Source: Candidatus Latescibacterota bacterium
GTDB lineage: Bacteria; Latescibacterota; UBA2968; GCA-2709665
Assembly: GCA_965219455.1 (NCBI GenBank)
Contig: OZ244744.1
Span: forward strand, 3,168,001 to 3,232,000
Direction of reading: 5' to 3'
DNA: 64,000 bases
Positions 62,649-64,000 of the stretch are shown one piece after another (the stretch's first letter is position 1; every line of letters starts with the position of its first letter). Made by a program: the position numbers and the translations under genes. The notes below the pieces were generated by a model. That model searched no databases, was not told the DNA's origin, and was given only the letters and a program-made list of their open reading frames with translations.

Positions 62649-63179
62649 TTGTCCCGAAATCCGGCAGATCGGGAACGATACGTCGCCATTGGCAGAGTTC
62701 TGAAACCCAGAGGCCTCCGGGGCGAGGCGTTTCTGCATCCTCTTACGGATTTCCCTGAACGGTTTCAGGATCTCAAAGAAGCTCTGGTCGAAAAGCCAGA
62801 CGGGAACCGGGTGACACTGGGGATCGACCGGGTGCGGCATTGCGGTCGGCGGATGGCCATTAAATTCCTCGATATCGATACGCCCGCCGCAGTTGCTCCG
62901 TTTAGGGGAAGCGAGTTGCTGGTCTCCCCTGACGAAGTGTACCGGCTTCCTGAAGATACGTATTATGTATTTGAGATCGTGGGACTGAAGGTGGAGACGG
63001 AAGCAGGTGTGGAAGTTGGGCATGTGGTCGATGTAATTTCCCATCCCGGAAATGACCTGTACGCGGTCAACAGAGAGGACGGGAGGGAAGTGTTGGTACC
63101 CGCCGCAAGGGATCTGGTTCGGATCGACCTGTCGGGCGGGCGTCTGGTCGTGAAGAACGTGGAGGGACTCCTGGATTAG
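62649..63179 (+). CDS. rimM: 16S rRNA processing protein
   Basis: IGRVLKPRGLRGE; synteny. Confidence 0.95.
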   Translation: MSRNPADRERYVAIGRVLKPRGLRGEAFLHPLTDFPERFQDLKEALVEKPDGNRVTLGIDRVRHCGRRMAIKFLDIDTPAAVAPFRGSELLVSPDEVYRLPEDTYYVFEIVGLKVETEAGVEVGHVVDVISHPGNDLYAVNREDGREVLVPAARDLVRIDLSGGRLVVKNVEGLLD

Positions 63180-63216
63180 TAGCCGGGAAACGCTGCTTTG
63201 CGACTGGGCAGAGCCT

Positions 63217-63954
63217 ATGTATATCGACTTCCTCACCATATTTCCGGATCTGATTCGAGATGTGGCTGCGTATGGCATTTCGGGGCGTGCGGTTCGGGCG
63301 GGCCTGGTTGACGTCATTGCTCACGATTTGCGGGATTTCACCGATGACGTTCACCGTACGGTGGACGATACACCCTACGGCGGCGGAGCGGGAATGGTGT
63401 TCAAGCCAGGACCGATTGCCCGGGCGCTGGCCGCTATTCAAGACGCCGGGCGGCCGCTGGAGCACGTGATTTTCCTGACGCCGGAGGGGAAGCGTCTGGA
63501 TCAGAAGACGGTGAACCGACTTTCCGTTGCGCCGAATCTGGTGTTTCTGTGCGGACGGTACCGGGGAATTGACGAACGTGTTCGCGAATTGTACGTTACC
63601 GAAGAAATTTCGGTGGGCGATTACGTGTTGAGTGGCGGCGAATTGCCCGCGCTGGTGTTGCTGGACGCGATCGTGCGATTGATCCCCGGGGCGATCGGAG
63701 ATGCGGAATCCGCCCTGGAGGATTCGTTTCAGAACGGGCTTCTGGATTGTCCGTGGTATACGAAGCCCAGAGAGTTTGAGGGCTTGCGGGTTCCCGATGT
63801 TCTGTTGAGTGGCGACCATCAGAGGATTGCAGGGTGGCGGTACGACACGGCGGTGCAACGGACCCGGGAACGGCGTCCGGATCTGTTCAACAGAAAAGGG
63901 GTCGGAGAAAGGGCCGCCTCAGAAAACGACAATGTTGGCGGGTACGGGAAGTGA
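63217..63954 (+). CDS. trmD: tRNA (guanine-N1)-methyltransferase
   Basis: VDDTPYGGGAGM, CGRYRGIDERV, GDYVLSGGE. Confidence 0.98.
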   Translation: MYIDFLTIFPDLIRDVAAYGISGRAVRAGLVDVIAHDLRDFTDDVHRTVDDTPYGGGAGMVFKPGPIARALAAIQDAGRPLEHVIFLTPEGKRLDQKTVNRLSVAPNLVFLCGRYRGIDERVRELYVTEEISVGDYVLSGGELPALVLLDAIVRLIPGAIGDAESALEDSFQNGLLDCPWYTKPREFEGLRVPDVLLSGDHQRIAGWRYDTAVQRTRERRPDLFNRKGVGERAASENDNVGGYGK

Positions 63955-64000
63955 TGGCCGGCGGTTGTCTGATTTTCGCCGTGCATTCAACCGCAGGATA

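Overview
A GC-rich, Gram-negative bacterial chromosome segment. The C-terminal EF-hand/dockerin tag and gene mix hint at a Latescibacterota/Gemmatimonadota-like host, but this is inference only. Housekeeping genes include gltB, moaA, purA, serA, engB-clpX-clpP-tig and ffh-rpsP-rimM-trmD, alongside sugar and amine catabolic genes and one IS1380 with a CTAG target duplication. The main accessory region is a ~16.3 kb defence island (4522-20851). It carries MazEF, VapBC, an orphan MazE copy, an AAA ATPase + frameshifted DUF4276, an MmeI-like RM enzyme, a GHKL-nuclease/Dcm/Vsr module, an unknown protein, a truncated SIR2 and a DUF4268 protein. The island lies between a dimethylglycine-dehydrogenase-like gene and a betaine-homocysteine methyltransferase gene, is bordered and punctuated by GTAG-type REP hairpins, and ends in a RAYT transposase. 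Six of the REPs are preceded by degenerate copies of the RAYT's own HUH-coding segment, which suggests a REP/RAYT-built cargo array. Other notable genes are a bacterial homologue of the tetraether lipid synthase Tes (radical SAM), a transketolase-like enzyme with rewired catalytic motifs, and a nitrite/sulfite reductase cluster with ferredoxin and gltB but no gltD. All assignments come from motif recognition by eye; no database searches were run.
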